Below are positions 18,756 through 28,299 of a stretch of 64,000 bases of DNA, one piece after another. Source of the DNA: an uncultured Acidimicrobiales bacterium (lineage in GTDB: Bacteria > Actinomycetota > Acidimicrobiia > Acidimicrobiales > SZUA-35); NCBI GenBank assembly GCA_963698395.1, contig CAVOQQ010000006.1, positions 482,098 to 546,097 on the forward strand, in the 5' to 3' direction. Below the pieces are notes generated by a model, which had not been told where the DNA came from, made no database searches, and saw only the letters and a list, made by a program, of their open reading frames with translations. The translations under genes were made by a program, and so were the position numbers. Each line of letters begins with the position of its first letter. Within the stretch, counting starts at the first letter, position 1.

Positions 18756-19580
18756 TCAGCCGGCCGGGGCAATGGGTTCGGCATCCCAGACCTGGCGTTG
18801 GGGATCATCGCCGTAGAGCAGCTCGGCCGGACTCATCTTGTCGATGTTGCCGGTGAGCCCCCGGTACATGCCCAGACCGCAGAGCTGGCGGAGTTGGGGA
18901 GTGAAGCGCCTCATGATCTCGGGAGGGATACCGAGTTGCTGGTTCTCCTGCTGACGGATGTAGCCGGCGCAGTAGTTCATGGCGATACCGACACGAACCT
19001 CGTCGCTGGTGTTCGCACCACCCCCGTGCCAGGTGCTGCCGTGCCAGACCAGCACACTGCCCTTTTGCATCTCGGCGGGGATCGTCGGGTGTGATGGCGA
19101 GTCGGCGAAGTAGTCGGGACCGTGATCCCACAGATGGCTACCGGGAACGACGCGGGTGGCGCCATTGGCCTCGGTGAAGTCGGTGAGTGCCCACATCGAG
19201 TTGGCGACCGTCGCAGCATGGGGCTTCGCCAACGGCATGATCTGGTCGTCGGCGTGAATGACCTGTGCCACCTCGCCGGGCGCGATCGAGATGGAGGCCA
19301 GCGACGACACCAGGCATTGGGGTCCGAGCATCGATTCGATGAGCGCCAGCACCTCGGGCTGAACCGGGATCTGCTCGAAGATCTCGCCTCGTGCCAGCAG
19401 GTTGTAGGTGCGGGTGGTTCGACTTCCCTCGAAGCGATTGTTGCTCGGTGCGCTCTGGAACTCGGCTTCGGCCTTGCGTACTGCGTCGAGCAGTGCGTCG
19501 ACGGTCTCCTCGGGGATGACTCGCTCGAGAATGGTGTAGCCGTCGGTCTGCAGCTGGGCGAGTGGTGCGGTCAGATCCAT
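18756..19580 (-). CDS. Phytanoyl-CoA dioxygenase (PhyH) family Fe(II)/2-oxoglutarate oxygenase
   Basis: 274 aa; the N-terminus LQTDGYTILERVIPEETVDAL, then HADD...(H-x-D) and a late WHGGGAN histidine, are typical of PhyH. Confidence 0.8.
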   Translation of the reverse strand: MDLTAPLAQLQTDGYTILERVIPEETVDALLDAVRKAEAEFQSAPSNNRFEGSRTTRTYNLLARGEIFEQIPVQPEVLALIESMLGPQCLVSSLASISIAPGEVAQVIHADDQIMPLAKPHAATVANSMWALTDFTEANGATRVVPGSHLWDHGPDYFADSPSHPTIPAEMQKGSVLVWHGSTWHGGGANTSDEVRVGIAMNYCAGYIRQQENQQLGIPPEIMRRFTPQLRQLCGLGMYRGLTGNIDKMSPAELLYGDDPQRQVWDAEPIAPAG

Positions 19581-19702
19581 GGAGCGAAGTGTCGAGGCGT
19601 CGCTGCAGCTTGGTCAAGTCGAGCGAATCGACGAATGCCGCTGGCCGACGTAGGGTCGCCGTCGGCCCGACAGGCGGGCTCGGACGACCACCGGGGATCA
19701 CC

Positions 19703-20905
19703 GTGAACGTAGACGCCGCAGCAGCAGGGCTCGATGAGAAGCGTTTGGGCAGGATCGGCGACCACCTCCGATCGCGCTACCTCGACTCCGGCAAGATCGC
19801 CGGCGCACAGGTGGCCATCGTGCGCGAGGGAGCGCTCGGCTTCTTCGAGAGCTTCGGGCTCCAAGATCGTGAACGTTCGGTCCCCGTTGGCGACGATGCC
19901 ATCTGGCGTCTCTACTCCATGACCAAGCCGATCACCGGTGTCGCCATGATGACGCTGTACGAGCAGGGGCACTTCCAGCTCGACGATGCGGTCGATCGTT
20001 GGATTCCCGAGTGGAAGAACATGACCGTCGCCGAGCCCGACGGCAACGGAGGCACCAACATCGTGCCGGCGCATCGCGCCCCGACGATTCGTGACATCCT
20101 GACCCACACGTCGGGGATCGGGTACGGCCCGGGGAACAACGACCTCGTTCTCGGCGAACGTGACTGGCTGGCCGATCACGACCTCGAGTCGATGTCGAAG
20201 GAGTTCGGCGCCTGGCCGCTGCGGTTCCAGCCGGGTACCCGTTGGCTCTACTCGCACGGGATGGACATCGCGGCGCGGTTGGTCGAGATCATGTCGGGGA
20301 TGTCCTACGACGACTACCTGAAGATGGCCATCTTCGAGCCGCTGGGCATGGTCGACACCGACTTCTTCGTTCCGGAAGACAAGACCGCTCGATTCGCTGC
20401 CAATTACGGCCGCAACGCACGCAAGGAGTTGGTGCTCATCGACGATCCCGAGCGGAGCACCTACCTTCGCAAGCCGAAGTTGCTCAACGGCGGTGGCGGC
20501 CTCGTCGGCACCACCGCCGACTACGTGCGGTTCGCGTCGATGCTTGCCAACGGGGGAGAGCTCGACGGTGCGCGGATCCTCGGCCGCAAGACCCTCGAGC
20601 TGATGACCAGCAACCATCTGGCGGGCGACGGCGAGATGGCCGACTTCGCCCTCCCGATGGGTTACGGAGAAGTCGGATTCGCCGGTGCCGGGTTCGGGCT
20701 GACCGTTGCGGTGTCGAAGGGCCCGGCAGCGACCGGTGTGGTCGGCTCGGCCGGCGAGTTCATGTGGGGTGGCGCAGCGTCGACGACGTTCTGGGTCGAT
20801 CCGGCCGAACAGCTCGCCGTGGTGTTCATGACCCAGCTGATGCCGTCGGGCACGTTCAACTTCCGGGGACAGCTCAAGACACTGGTGTACGGCGCACTTC
20901 TGTGA
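19703..20905 (+). CDS. Serine hydrolase (class C beta-lactamase/esterase family)
   Basis: SxxK nucleophile motif in YSMTKPITGVAMM, plus later YSHG and GGGGLVGT blocks. I prefer the GTG 19703 start because the track start overlaps the divergent PhyH gene. Confidence 0.8.
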   Translation: MNVDAAAAGLDEKRLGRIGDHLRSRYLDSGKIAGAQVAIVREGALGFFESFGLQDRERSVPVGDDAIWRLYSMTKPITGVAMMTLYEQGHFQLDDAVDRWIPEWKNMTVAEPDGNGGTNIVPAHRAPTIRDILTHTSGIGYGPGNNDLVLGERDWLADHDLESMSKEFGAWPLRFQPGTRWLYSHGMDIAARLVEIMSGMSYDDYLKMAIFEPLGMVDTDFFVPEDKTARFAANYGRNARKELVLIDDPERSTYLRKPKLLNGGGGLVGTTADYVRFASMLANGGELDGARILGRKTLELMTSNHLAGDGEMADFALPMGYGEVGFAGAGFGLTVAVSKGPAATGVVGSAGEFMWGGAASTTFWVDPAEQLAVVFMTQLMPSGTFNFRGQLKTLVYGALL

Positions 20906-20974
20906 CCTCGCATCACGGCAGGCTCGACACGGGGTTCGACGGCACCGGCCAGGCGAGCGCCCAGTCGTCGGTCT

Positions 20975-21202
20975 TCAGCGTCGAGTAGGGCGGACCGGAG
21001 CCCAGGAGCCGAGGCCCGCTCCCGCGATCAGACCCAGCACCGGCACGACGTAGAGCAGCACGCTGTCGATGGGCAGGGTGCCCAAGAGTGCGAGGTCGAG
21101 GGTGAGAAAGAGACCGAAGAGGAGTCCGAAGATGGCTCCACGAATGGGGTGACCGCCACGGTCGCCCGCAGCAGAGGACGCGGCATTCGATCGGTCCGTC
21201 AT
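20975..21202 (-). CDS. Small two-TM membrane protein (hypothetical)
   Basis: 75 aa with two hydrophobic helices (AIFGLLFGLFLTLDLALLG, LLYVVPVLGLIAGAGLG). Its ATG overlaps the stop of the upstream gene (ATGA at 21199-21202). Confidence 0.5.
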   Translation of the reverse strand: MTDRSNAASSAAGDRGGHPIRGAIFGLLFGLFLTLDLALLGTLPIDSVLLYVVPVLGLIAGAGLGSWAPVRPTRR

Positions 21203-21753
21203 GGTTTCGCCACCATCGCTCCTGCCAAACCAACAGCAGACAACACCGAGCCGGCCACCGCAACGTAGCCCACCGGGCTGTCGAAGAAGCCGCCCTCGAG
21301 TTTGACGAGCACGGTGCCCTCGCAGGTGACGACGCCGTTCTCGCTGTGTTGGCCGCTGACTTTCATCTCGATGCCGCGCGGCAGCGCAGCGGGCAGATCC
21401 CAGGACCCGACGCCTGATTTCTCGGTTGAGGTCGCGCTGTCATTCGACCAGGTCCATGCATCGGTGATCTCGATCTCGCCGATGCCCGGGGGACCTTGAA
21501 TCGAAACCTGGCCCGACACCGGGCGAGGGGTCGTCGCCGCAGCGACGCTTCCCTGATATTCCGCAGTGCCGCTGATCGGCATCTCGTAGACGGTGCCGGT
21601 CAACGCCGGGTCGTACGGATCGACGCGGACACCATTCGACAGCGTTGCGCTTGCCGTGCAGGGCCCTGTGGCGTCTTGGGCACCTGCGGGTTGGGCCAGG
21701 AGCAGCAGCGAGCCTACGACAGCACAACCGAGGAGTATCGGTCTCATTGGCAT
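21199..21753 (-). CDS. Secreted/anchored hypothetical protein (signal peptide plus C-terminal hydrophobic anchor)
   Basis: ATG 21753, preceded by GAGAGG. Signal peptide MPMRPILLGCAVVGSLLLLAQPAGAQD, a beta-rich body, and the C-terminal helix VGYVAVAGSVLSAVGLAGAMVAKP. The remainder of the 400-aa track ORF is Arg-rich noise. Confidence 0.6.
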   Translation of the reverse strand: MPMRPILLGCAVVGSLLLLAQPAGAQDATGPCTASATLSNGVRVDPYDPALTGTVYEMPISGTAEYQGSVAAATTPRPVSGQVSIQGPPGIGEIEITDAWTWSNDSATSTEKSGVGSWDLPAALPRGIEMKVSGQHSENGVVTCEGTVLVKLEGGFFDSPVGYVAVAGSVLSAVGLAGAMVAKP

Positions 21754-21860
21754 CCTCTCGAGCCGATCGTTCGATCCGACCGGCCCTGTCGACCGTAGCG
21801 CTATCGGCGCTCCCGGGCCATAGGTCATCGAGACCGATCGGCATTCTTCGTCGATTCCGA

Positions 21861-22670
21861 TCAGCTCGAGCGGTACGCCTCGAGGCGATGCGAGGCGAAC
21901 GGGATCACGTGTGCGCCATCGGGTTCGGCGAAGCTGCTCAGTCTTCGCTCGAGCTCGGTGGACAGCGCCGCCGTTGCGGACTCGCTCAAGGTCGAAAGCA
22001 CCGGGGCCCAAGGGGTGGTCGCCGTCTGGGCGAGGAACCACGAGCGGAGATCGGGAATGCGAACGGTGTGCTCGATCAGTCGGATGCCGGTCGCCGTGAG
22101 ACCCGCACGCTCGGCCATCGATCGCAGGAGTACGTCGGCGTCCTGTGGCGTTGCCCGCTGAACCGAGGGCAGAAGCGACGGCTCGATGGCCGCCAACAAG
22201 TCGAGTTGGTTCTCGATGTAGGGGTTGTGTCCCGGCGTCGCCCAGATCGTCGCAATCAAGGCGCCGCCCGGTCGAAGGACCCGTCGAACCTCGGTGGCAG
22301 CGCGCACCGGGTCGGGAAAGAACTGGAAGCCTTGCTGACAGATGACATGGGTGAACAGGGCATCGTCGAACGGAAGGGCATCGACCGACGCCTGGCACCA
22401 CGTGACGGCGGCAACGGCCGTGCGGGCCACGCCGAGCATCGCCGGGTTGATGTCGGTGCCGATGATCTGACCGGCGGTTCCCACCAAAGCAAGAACCTGT
22501 CGGGCGACGAGTCCCGTGCCGCAGGCCAAGTCGAGCACCACGTCGGTCGGTCCGATTCCTGCTCCTTCGGCCAGGAGCCGAGCAGAGCCATCCATGAAGG
22601 TGCTCGTGAACGACTCGTATCCGGTCGCTTGGTGCATCGCGAGCTGGAACCCTGAGGACCGTGAGGACAT
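21861..22670 (-). CDS. Class I SAM-dependent methyltransferase
   Basis: ATG 22670 (MSSRSSGFQLAMHQ...). SAM motif I is VLDLACGTGLVAR, followed by the LRPGGALIAT post-II block. Confidence 0.8.
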   Translation of the reverse strand: MSSRSSGFQLAMHQATGYESFTSTFMDGSARLLAEGAGIGPTDVVLDLACGTGLVARQVLALVGTAGQIIGTDINPAMLGVARTAVAAVTWCQASVDALPFDDALFTHVICQQGFQFFPDPVRAATEVRRVLRPGGALIATIWATPGHNPYIENQLDLLAAIEPSLLPSVQRATPQDADVLLRSMAERAGLTATGIRLIEHTVRIPDLRSWFLAQTATTPWAPVLSTLSESATAALSTELERRLSSFAEPDGAHVIPFASHRLEAYRSS

Positions 22671-22750
22671 GACGCCCGCCTTCGTTGGTGGTGAGGGGAC
22701 ACTACTCCTCGGCGCAAGGAGGTGAAGGGCAACGACCACGGAAGCCGGAG

Positions 22751-24505
22751 TCAGCCTCGCGAGACCTCACGCGGCGACGCAGCACGCAGGCGACCGACCG
22801 AGCGGCGTCGCAGCTTGGTCTTCCAACTCTCGGTGACGTCAGCCAACCTCGCCTGGGCCGCGGCGTCGCCGATCAGCACCAGGCTGGTACGGGGGCCGAG
22901 CAGCGCGTCACCGCTGGGATTGCCGATGAGCTGGCCGTCGACGTCGATGGCGACGACATTGCATCCGGTCTCGGCCCGGATGTGTGAGTCGGCCAGGGTC
23001 TTGCCCAGCATCGTCGGCGGCACGGGGGCCCGGAAGACGTCGAGACCTTCGGCGACGACGAGGGTGTCGTTGCCACGGAAGTGGTTCCAGATCGCCGCCG
23101 CCCCGATCGATGCATAGGAGAGGACATCGTCGGCCCCGGCTCGGTAGAGCGTCGACACGTTGCGATCGAGGTTGGCCCGAGCAACGATCCGGATGTCCGG
23201 GCGTAGCCGCCGAATGTAGATCGACAGGTAGATGTTGACATCGTCGTCGTGGGTCGTCACCAGCACGCCGGTGGCCGAGCGGATGCCCGCCGACTCGAGC
23301 ACGGCAAGGTCGGCGGCATCACCGATCACGTAGTGGTCACCGTGGATCCGGTCGCTCTGCTGTTCGATGATCCGATGAGCGATGTCGGCCGCATCGAAGG
23401 CCCGACCGGCGGCTCGGCCGACTCGACCGCCGCCGATGATCACCACCGCCCCGGCATGGTCCGAGTTTGTCTCGTACTCACGGTCATACGCCTCCAGCTG
23501 TTGCTCGGAGGCAGCAAGGATCAAGACCGATGATTCGGTGAGCAAGGTCTCGGGAGTGGCGATGGTGAAGACGCCATGGTCCCAGACTCCGATGACGCCA
23601 ACGCCGAGTCTCGACCGCAATGCTGCCTCGGCGAGACGAACACCGACGAGCGGCGTGGCTGCCACTCGAGCTTCGGCGATCAGGACGCCGGCGAATCGTC
23701 CGATGACGTGGCTTCGACCGTCGGGCAGCAGTGTTCGATTCGACATCGACGTCCCCAGCAGTTCGCCGAGACGCAACACCTCGTCGGCCCCGGCCAGCTC
23801 CAGGATGTCGATCGAGGCGGCCTTGGTTGCCGTCGCCACGACGGGGACATCCGGCGAGATCTCTCGCACGGTGAAGATGATGTTGGCGTTGGTCGTGTCG
23901 GGCCAGGTGGCCGGCACCAGAGCAGCGTTGGCCACTCTGGCGGCCCGGTGGGTTGCCGGGTCATCGCTGCTGCCGACCATGACCTGGTAGCCCTGGTCGT
24001 GGAGTTTGAGAGCCTCGGCCAGATCGTCGACGAGGACGACGTACCCGACCCCCGCCTGCTCGGCCCGCCGAATGAGCGCGTCCTCGATCGGTCCCAGACG
24101 GGTGAGGACGAGGTGGCCGCTGGTTTCTTCGGGAAGGCTGCGAGGGGCCCGACTGGCGTCGCGCCGAGTCATCCAGGGAACGAAGACGAACTGGATGAAC
24201 GCGAAGGGCAGGAGGATCAACAAGAACGCCGTTCCGGTCAGGAGGACCACGACCGAGAAGATGCGCCCGACGTCAGAGGTGAAGGTGATGTCGCCGAACC
24301 CCAACGTGGTCATGGTGACGAGCGTCCAGTAGAAACCGGTGGCCCAGCTGTGGTTCTGACCTTCGCGAGCCATCAGCTCGTGGAAGATGACGGTGAAGCT
24401 GACGACGAGCACCACGAAGATGCCGAGCAGGACGAGCACCATGCGGAGGTCTCGGCGACGTAACGGTCCCGCGAGGTAGCTCAGGACGAATGCGAGACTC
24501 TTCAT
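22751..24505 (-). CDS. Potassium channel (2-TM pore) with two RCK/TrkA domains
   Basis: ATG 24505 (MKSLAFVLSYL...). Selectivity filter TTLGFGD, then two Rossmann-like RCK modules (second one VVIIGGGRVGRAAG). This is only the C-terminal 584 codons of the 1445-aa track ORF. Confidence 0.85.
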   Translation of the reverse strand: MKSLAFVLSYLAGPLRRRDLRMVLVLLGIFVVLVVSFTVIFHELMAREGQNHSWATGFYWTLVTMTTLGFGDITFTSDVGRIFSVVVLLTGTAFLLILLPFAFIQFVFVPWMTRRDASRAPRSLPEETSGHLVLTRLGPIEDALIRRAEQAGVGYVVLVDDLAEALKLHDQGYQVMVGSSDDPATHRAARVANAALVPATWPDTTNANIIFTVREISPDVPVVATATKAASIDILELAGADEVLRLGELLGTSMSNRTLLPDGRSHVIGRFAGVLIAEARVAATPLVGVRLAEAALRSRLGVGVIGVWDHGVFTIATPETLLTESSVLILAASEQQLEAYDREYETNSDHAGAVVIIGGGRVGRAAGRAFDAADIAHRIIEQQSDRIHGDHYVIGDAADLAVLESAGIRSATGVLVTTHDDDVNIYLSIYIRRLRPDIRIVARANLDRNVSTLYRAGADDVLSYASIGAAAIWNHFRGNDTLVVAEGLDVFRAPVPPTMLGKTLADSHIRAETGCNVVAIDVDGQLIGNPSGDALLGPRTSLVLIGDAAAQARLADVTESWKTKLRRRSVGRLRAASPREVSRG

Positions 24506-24601
24506 GGCCCAGCATGATGGCACGGCGCCGATGCAGAACCGCCGTTCGGGTTCGGGTGTCTGGGGTATCGTCCGAGACGGCGAGCAGCTCAGGAGGCACT
24601 G

Positions 24602-26218
24602 GTGCACCGTGACGACGCAACGAATTCGACGACCCACGACATCGTCATCATCGGCGCCGGCTTCAACGGTCTCTATCAGCTCTACCGATTGCGGGCCGAA
24701 GGGTTCGATGTCCGCCTGGTCGAGGCCGCGCCGGGGCCTGGTGGCGTCTGGTACAACAACAGCTATCCCGGGGCTCGGGTCGATTCGTACATCCCGGACT
24801 ACGAGTTCTCGATGGAAGCGGTCTGGCGCAACTGGAACTGGTCGGAGCGCTTCCCCGGGGCCGAGGAGCTTCGCCGTTACTTCGTTCACGTCGTCGACAC
24901 CCTCGAACTGCGGGCGAACATCGGTTACGACACTCGCGTCGAGACGGCGACGTTCGATGACGACGCTCGTCGCTGGCTGCTCGCGACGACTGCGGGCGAG
25001 CTCTCGGCCCGGTTCCTGATCCCCTGCCTCGGCTTTGCCTCGAAGCCTTTCATCCCCGCCATCGACGGGTTGGAGAGTTTCGCCGGCGGGTGTCACCACA
25101 CTGCACTGTGGCCGGAGCAGGGCGTCGAGTTCGACGGCAAGCGAGTCGGCGTGATCGGCACCGGTGCCAGCGGGGTCCAGGTGGTGCAAGAAGCGGCCAG
25201 AGTGGCCGATCACCTCGTGGTATTCCAGCGAACGCCGGTCACTGCCTTGCCCATGCAGCAACAGCGTTACTCGATCGCCGAGCACGAGGCGCTCAAGGCG
25301 GACTATCCCGAGATGTTCCGACGCCGCAACTCCCCACCGGGAAGTTTCAGCAACATTCGTCGACTCGACGTCTCCGCCCTCGAGGTGTCGGAAGAGGAGC
25401 GACAGGCCGTCTTCGAGGCGGCATGGCAACGTGGCGGCTTCCACTTCTGGAACGGAACGTTCGCCGACATCATGTCCAGCAGCGAGGCCAACCGCACCGC
25501 CTATGACTTCTGGCGCGACAAGACCAGGGCTCGCATTGCCGACCCGTGTCTGGCCGAGGTGCTCGCGCCGACCGATCCGCCGTATCCGTTCGGCGCCAAG
25601 CGGCCATCGCTCGAGCAGGACTACTACGACGTGTTCAACCAGGACAACGTGGAACTCGTCGACCTGAGCGCCGACCCGATCCTTCGGGTGACGCCGACCT
25701 CGGTGCAAACCGCTACCGGATCGATCGACCTCGACGTGCTGATTCTGGCGACGGGCTTCGATGCCAACACCGGTGGCATCCTCGCCCTCGACCTCCATGA
25801 TCTCGAAGGCGTGTCGCTGTCTGAGCGGTGGGCCGATGGCGTCGACACCCATCTCGGAATGGCGGTTCCCGGGCTTCCCAATCTGGTCTTCCTCTACGGG
25901 CCGCAGAGCCCGACGGCGTTCTGCAACGGTCCGACCTGCGCCGAGGTCCAGGGCGAATGGGTGGTCGGACTCCTGGTGGCCATGCGAGCCAGTGAGCTGA
26001 CTCGCATCGAGGCGGCCGAGGAAGCGGCTGCAGCGTGGACGGCCCAGGTCGAGCGGGTCGGAGCCATGACGCTGTTTCCGCAGGCCGACTCGTGGTACAT
26101 GGGCGCCAACATTCCCGGCAAGAAGCGGCAGTTGCTGAACTATCCGTCGACCGACAGCTACCTCCGACAGCTTCGAGCGAACGCCGCAGCGGGCTACACC
26201 GGATTCGTGCTGACCTGA
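24602..26218 (+). CDS. Baeyer-Villiger monooxygenase (cyclohexanone-MO-like)
   Basis: 538 aa from a GTG start. Motifs IVIIGAGFNGL, fingerprint FAGGCHHTALWP, GVIGTGASGVQ. Confidence 0.9.
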   Translation: MHRDDATNSTTHDIVIIGAGFNGLYQLYRLRAEGFDVRLVEAAPGPGGVWYNNSYPGARVDSYIPDYEFSMEAVWRNWNWSERFPGAEELRRYFVHVVDTLELRANIGYDTRVETATFDDDARRWLLATTAGELSARFLIPCLGFASKPFIPAIDGLESFAGGCHHTALWPEQGVEFDGKRVGVIGTGASGVQVVQEAARVADHLVVFQRTPVTALPMQQQRYSIAEHEALKADYPEMFRRRNSPPGSFSNIRRLDVSALEVSEEERQAVFEAAWQRGGFHFWNGTFADIMSSSEANRTAYDFWRDKTRARIADPCLAEVLAPTDPPYPFGAKRPSLEQDYYDVFNQDNVELVDLSADPILRVTPTSVQTATGSIDLDVLILATGFDANTGGILALDLHDLEGVSLSERWADGVDTHLGMAVPGLPNLVFLYGPQSPTAFCNGPTCAEVQGEWVVGLLVAMRASELTRIEAAEEAAAAWTAQVERVGAMTLFPQADSWYMGANIPGKKRQLLNYPSTDSYLRQLRANAAAGYTGFVLT

Positions 26219-26269
26219 CGGCGCTCCGGCCCGACTGCGCTCTGGCCCCTTGCGAGCTAGGTTCTGCTC

Positions 26270-27154
26270 ATGGACACGATGATCGACTCGTCGGTGTTGT
26301 CGGAAGAACAGCGGGAGTTCTACCGCAACGAGGGGTACCTCCAGCTTCCGGGACTCGTCGACCAGGAATGGTTGGCCGAGCTCCGATCGGTGTCGGCGGC
26401 GTTCGTGGAGCTGAGTCGTGAGATCTCCGCATCCAACAGGGTCCTCGATGTCGAGCCGACGCACCGCGCCGAACAACCGAAGCTTCGGCGTCTCAACTCG
26501 CCGGTCGACAACCACGAGACCTTCCGCCGGTTCTCGTTGGAAGGCCCACCGGCTCAGGTGGCGATGGCGTTGCTCGGTGGACCGGTGCGCTATCACCACT
26601 CGAAGCTCAACTACAAGTGGTCCGACGGCGGTGAAGAGGTCAAGTGGCATCAAGACATCCAGTTCTGGCCGCACACCGACTTCACGCCGTTGACGATCGG
26701 CGTCTACCTCGATGACGTGGATGACGAGATGGGGCCGATGGGTGTCCTGCCCGGCAGTCACACCGGCAAGCTCTACGACCTCTACGACGCCGATGGCTCG
26801 TGGGCCGGCGCCATCGCCGATGACGATCTCGCCTCGATCGACCTGTCGCCGATGGTCTGGCTGAAGGGTCCAGCCGGGTCGATGACCGTGCACAACTGCT
26901 GCATGGTGCACGGGTCGCTGCCGAACCATTCGGCTCGCCCTCGGCCACTCCTCTTGCAGACCTATTCGGCCATCGAGTCGTATCCGGTGGCCGGCATCGG
27001 AGCGAACGGCGTCACGGGTCGCACGAGCGGCGTGATCATCGGCGGGCCGCCAACCCAACAGCTGACGATCGATGGTCGCCGGCTGCACGGCGCGCCCGAC
27101 TGGTCGCGTAGCGGCCCGCCGACCATCTTCGGCTCACAGCAGAAGGATCGCTGA
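26270..27154 (+). CDS. Phytanoyl-CoA dioxygenase (PhyH) family oxygenase
   Basis: 294 aa with FYRNEGYLQLPGLV, WHQDIQFW (H-x-D) and MVHGSLPN. It lies 51 nt downstream of the BVMO on the same strand. Confidence 0.8.
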   Translation: MDTMIDSSVLSEEQREFYRNEGYLQLPGLVDQEWLAELRSVSAAFVELSREISASNRVLDVEPTHRAEQPKLRRLNSPVDNHETFRRFSLEGPPAQVAMALLGGPVRYHHSKLNYKWSDGGEEVKWHQDIQFWPHTDFTPLTIGVYLDDVDDEMGPMGVLPGSHTGKLYDLYDADGSWAGAIADDDLASIDLSPMVWLKGPAGSMTVHNCCMVHGSLPNHSARPRPLLLQTYSAIESYPVAGIGANGVTGRTSGVIIGGPPTQQLTIDGRRLHGAPDWSRSGPPTIFGSQQKDR

Positions 27155-27187
27155 TCGCGGGGGACTCGTGGATGGGTCGGTAGGTGC

Positions 27188-27604
27188 TCAGCCTTGCTCG
27201 GCCGGGGCCTCGGCGCTGACCTGCCACGGGATGCCGAAGCGATCGGTGACCACGCCGAAGAACGGTGACCAGAACGTCTCCTCGGCCGGCATGTGGACGG
27301 TGCCGCCGTCGGCGAGTGCCTCGAAGATCGCACGGGCTCGATCGACCTCGGTGGAGGAGTGGTGCACGAAAATCCCCGACGGCGGCTGGAAGTCGTCGTC
27401 ATAGGAGTCCGACGCCATCAGCACCTCGTCACCGTTGATGAGCGCCGCGTGCATCACGAGGTCGAGCTTGCCGCTCGGGATGCCGGCATCGGGCGGGGCC
27501 TGGGTTCCATCCATGATCTCGAGCCGGCCGCCGAAGATCTCCTGATAGCGGGTGAAGGCTTCGCGGCAGTTGCCACCGAAGTAGAGATACGGATGAAAGG
27601 CCAT
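27188..27604 (-). CDS. VOC/glyoxalase-fold protein (PhnB-like)
   Basis: ATG 27604 (MAFHPYLYFGGNCREAFTRYQEIFGG...FGIPWQV), the typical PhnB/3-demethylubiquinone-MT-domain pattern. Confidence 0.75.
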   Translation of the reverse strand: MAFHPYLYFGGNCREAFTRYQEIFGGRLEIMDGTQAPPDAGIPSGKLDLVMHAALINGDEVLMASDSYDDDFQPPSGIFVHHSSTEVDRARAIFEALADGGTVHMPAEETFWSPFFGVVTDRFGIPWQVSAEAPAEQG

Positions 27605-27706
27605 GACGAGCTCCTTGGGTTGCCCTGTCTCGTCGAGTCTCCTCTCATCGGGTGCGGTGCGCAATGGTGTGTCGCCGGCGATGTCCGTGCGAGGAAGCGG
27701 CGATGA

Positions 27707-28267
27707 TCAGGTGTTGCCGAGGCTGGCCAGCGCAGAGCGGAACTGCTCGGCGAGATCGGCGTTTCTGAAGTTGCCCGAATGGGTGTCGAAGTTCTCGTGG
27801 AAGCTCGGCACCGAGAGGCTGGCTTTCACGTCGTAGCCGAAGAACTGGCCTGACATGACGGCAGTGTCGAGCACGTTGGCACCACCGCGCGAACCGAGCG
27901 AGCTCGAGAACAGCACCGCCGGCTTGTCCTGATACACGCGCCTGTTGATGCGAGACGCCCAGTCGAAGAGGTTCTTGTAGGCGACGGTGTAGAAGCCGTT
28001 GTGCTCGGCGAAGGAGATGATGACGGCGTCCGCCGCCCCGATGGTGTCGTAGAAGTCCTGAGCGAGCTGGGGCACGCCGCCTTCGTTTTGGCGGTCGATG
28101 CTGTAGATCGGCATCTCGTAGTCATTGAGGTCGATCGTCTCGACCGCCACATCGCCGATGAGGCCGCCTTCGAGCAGCCGACCTGCGTGGTCGATGAGCT
28201 GTCGGTTGATCGACTGACTGCTGTTCGAAGCGGCAAAGGCGAGGATGTTCATGGGAGCAGGGGACAT
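27707..28267 (-). CDS. NAD(P)H-dependent FMN reductase
   Basis: Sequence (MSPAP)MNILAFAASNSSQSINRQL...AVIISFAEHNGFYTVAYKNLFDW. The start is either ATG 28267 or ATG 28252. Confidence 0.8.
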   Translation of the reverse strand: MSPAPMNILAFAASNSSQSINRQLIDHAGRLLEGGLIGDVAVETIDLNDYEMPIYSIDRQNEGGVPQLAQDFYDTIGAADAVIISFAEHNGFYTVAYKNLFDWASRINRRVYQDKPAVLFSSSLGSRGGANVLDTAVMSGQFFGYDVKASLSVPSFHENFDTHSGNFRNADLAEQFRSALASLGNT

Positions 28268-28299
28268 CGCCCGAAGTGTTGCAGATCGGCGTCCGCCGG

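Noticed and set aside
24506-27088. N-terminal ~860 codons of the 1445-aa minus-strand ORF (22751..27088)
   Set aside because: It is antisense to two well-supported plus-strand genes (BVMO, PhyH). Its composition is Arg/Gly/His/Pro-rich and low-complexity with poor third-position bias. The recognisable protein (the K+ channel) begins only at ATG 24505. This is a typical high-GC shadow ORF.
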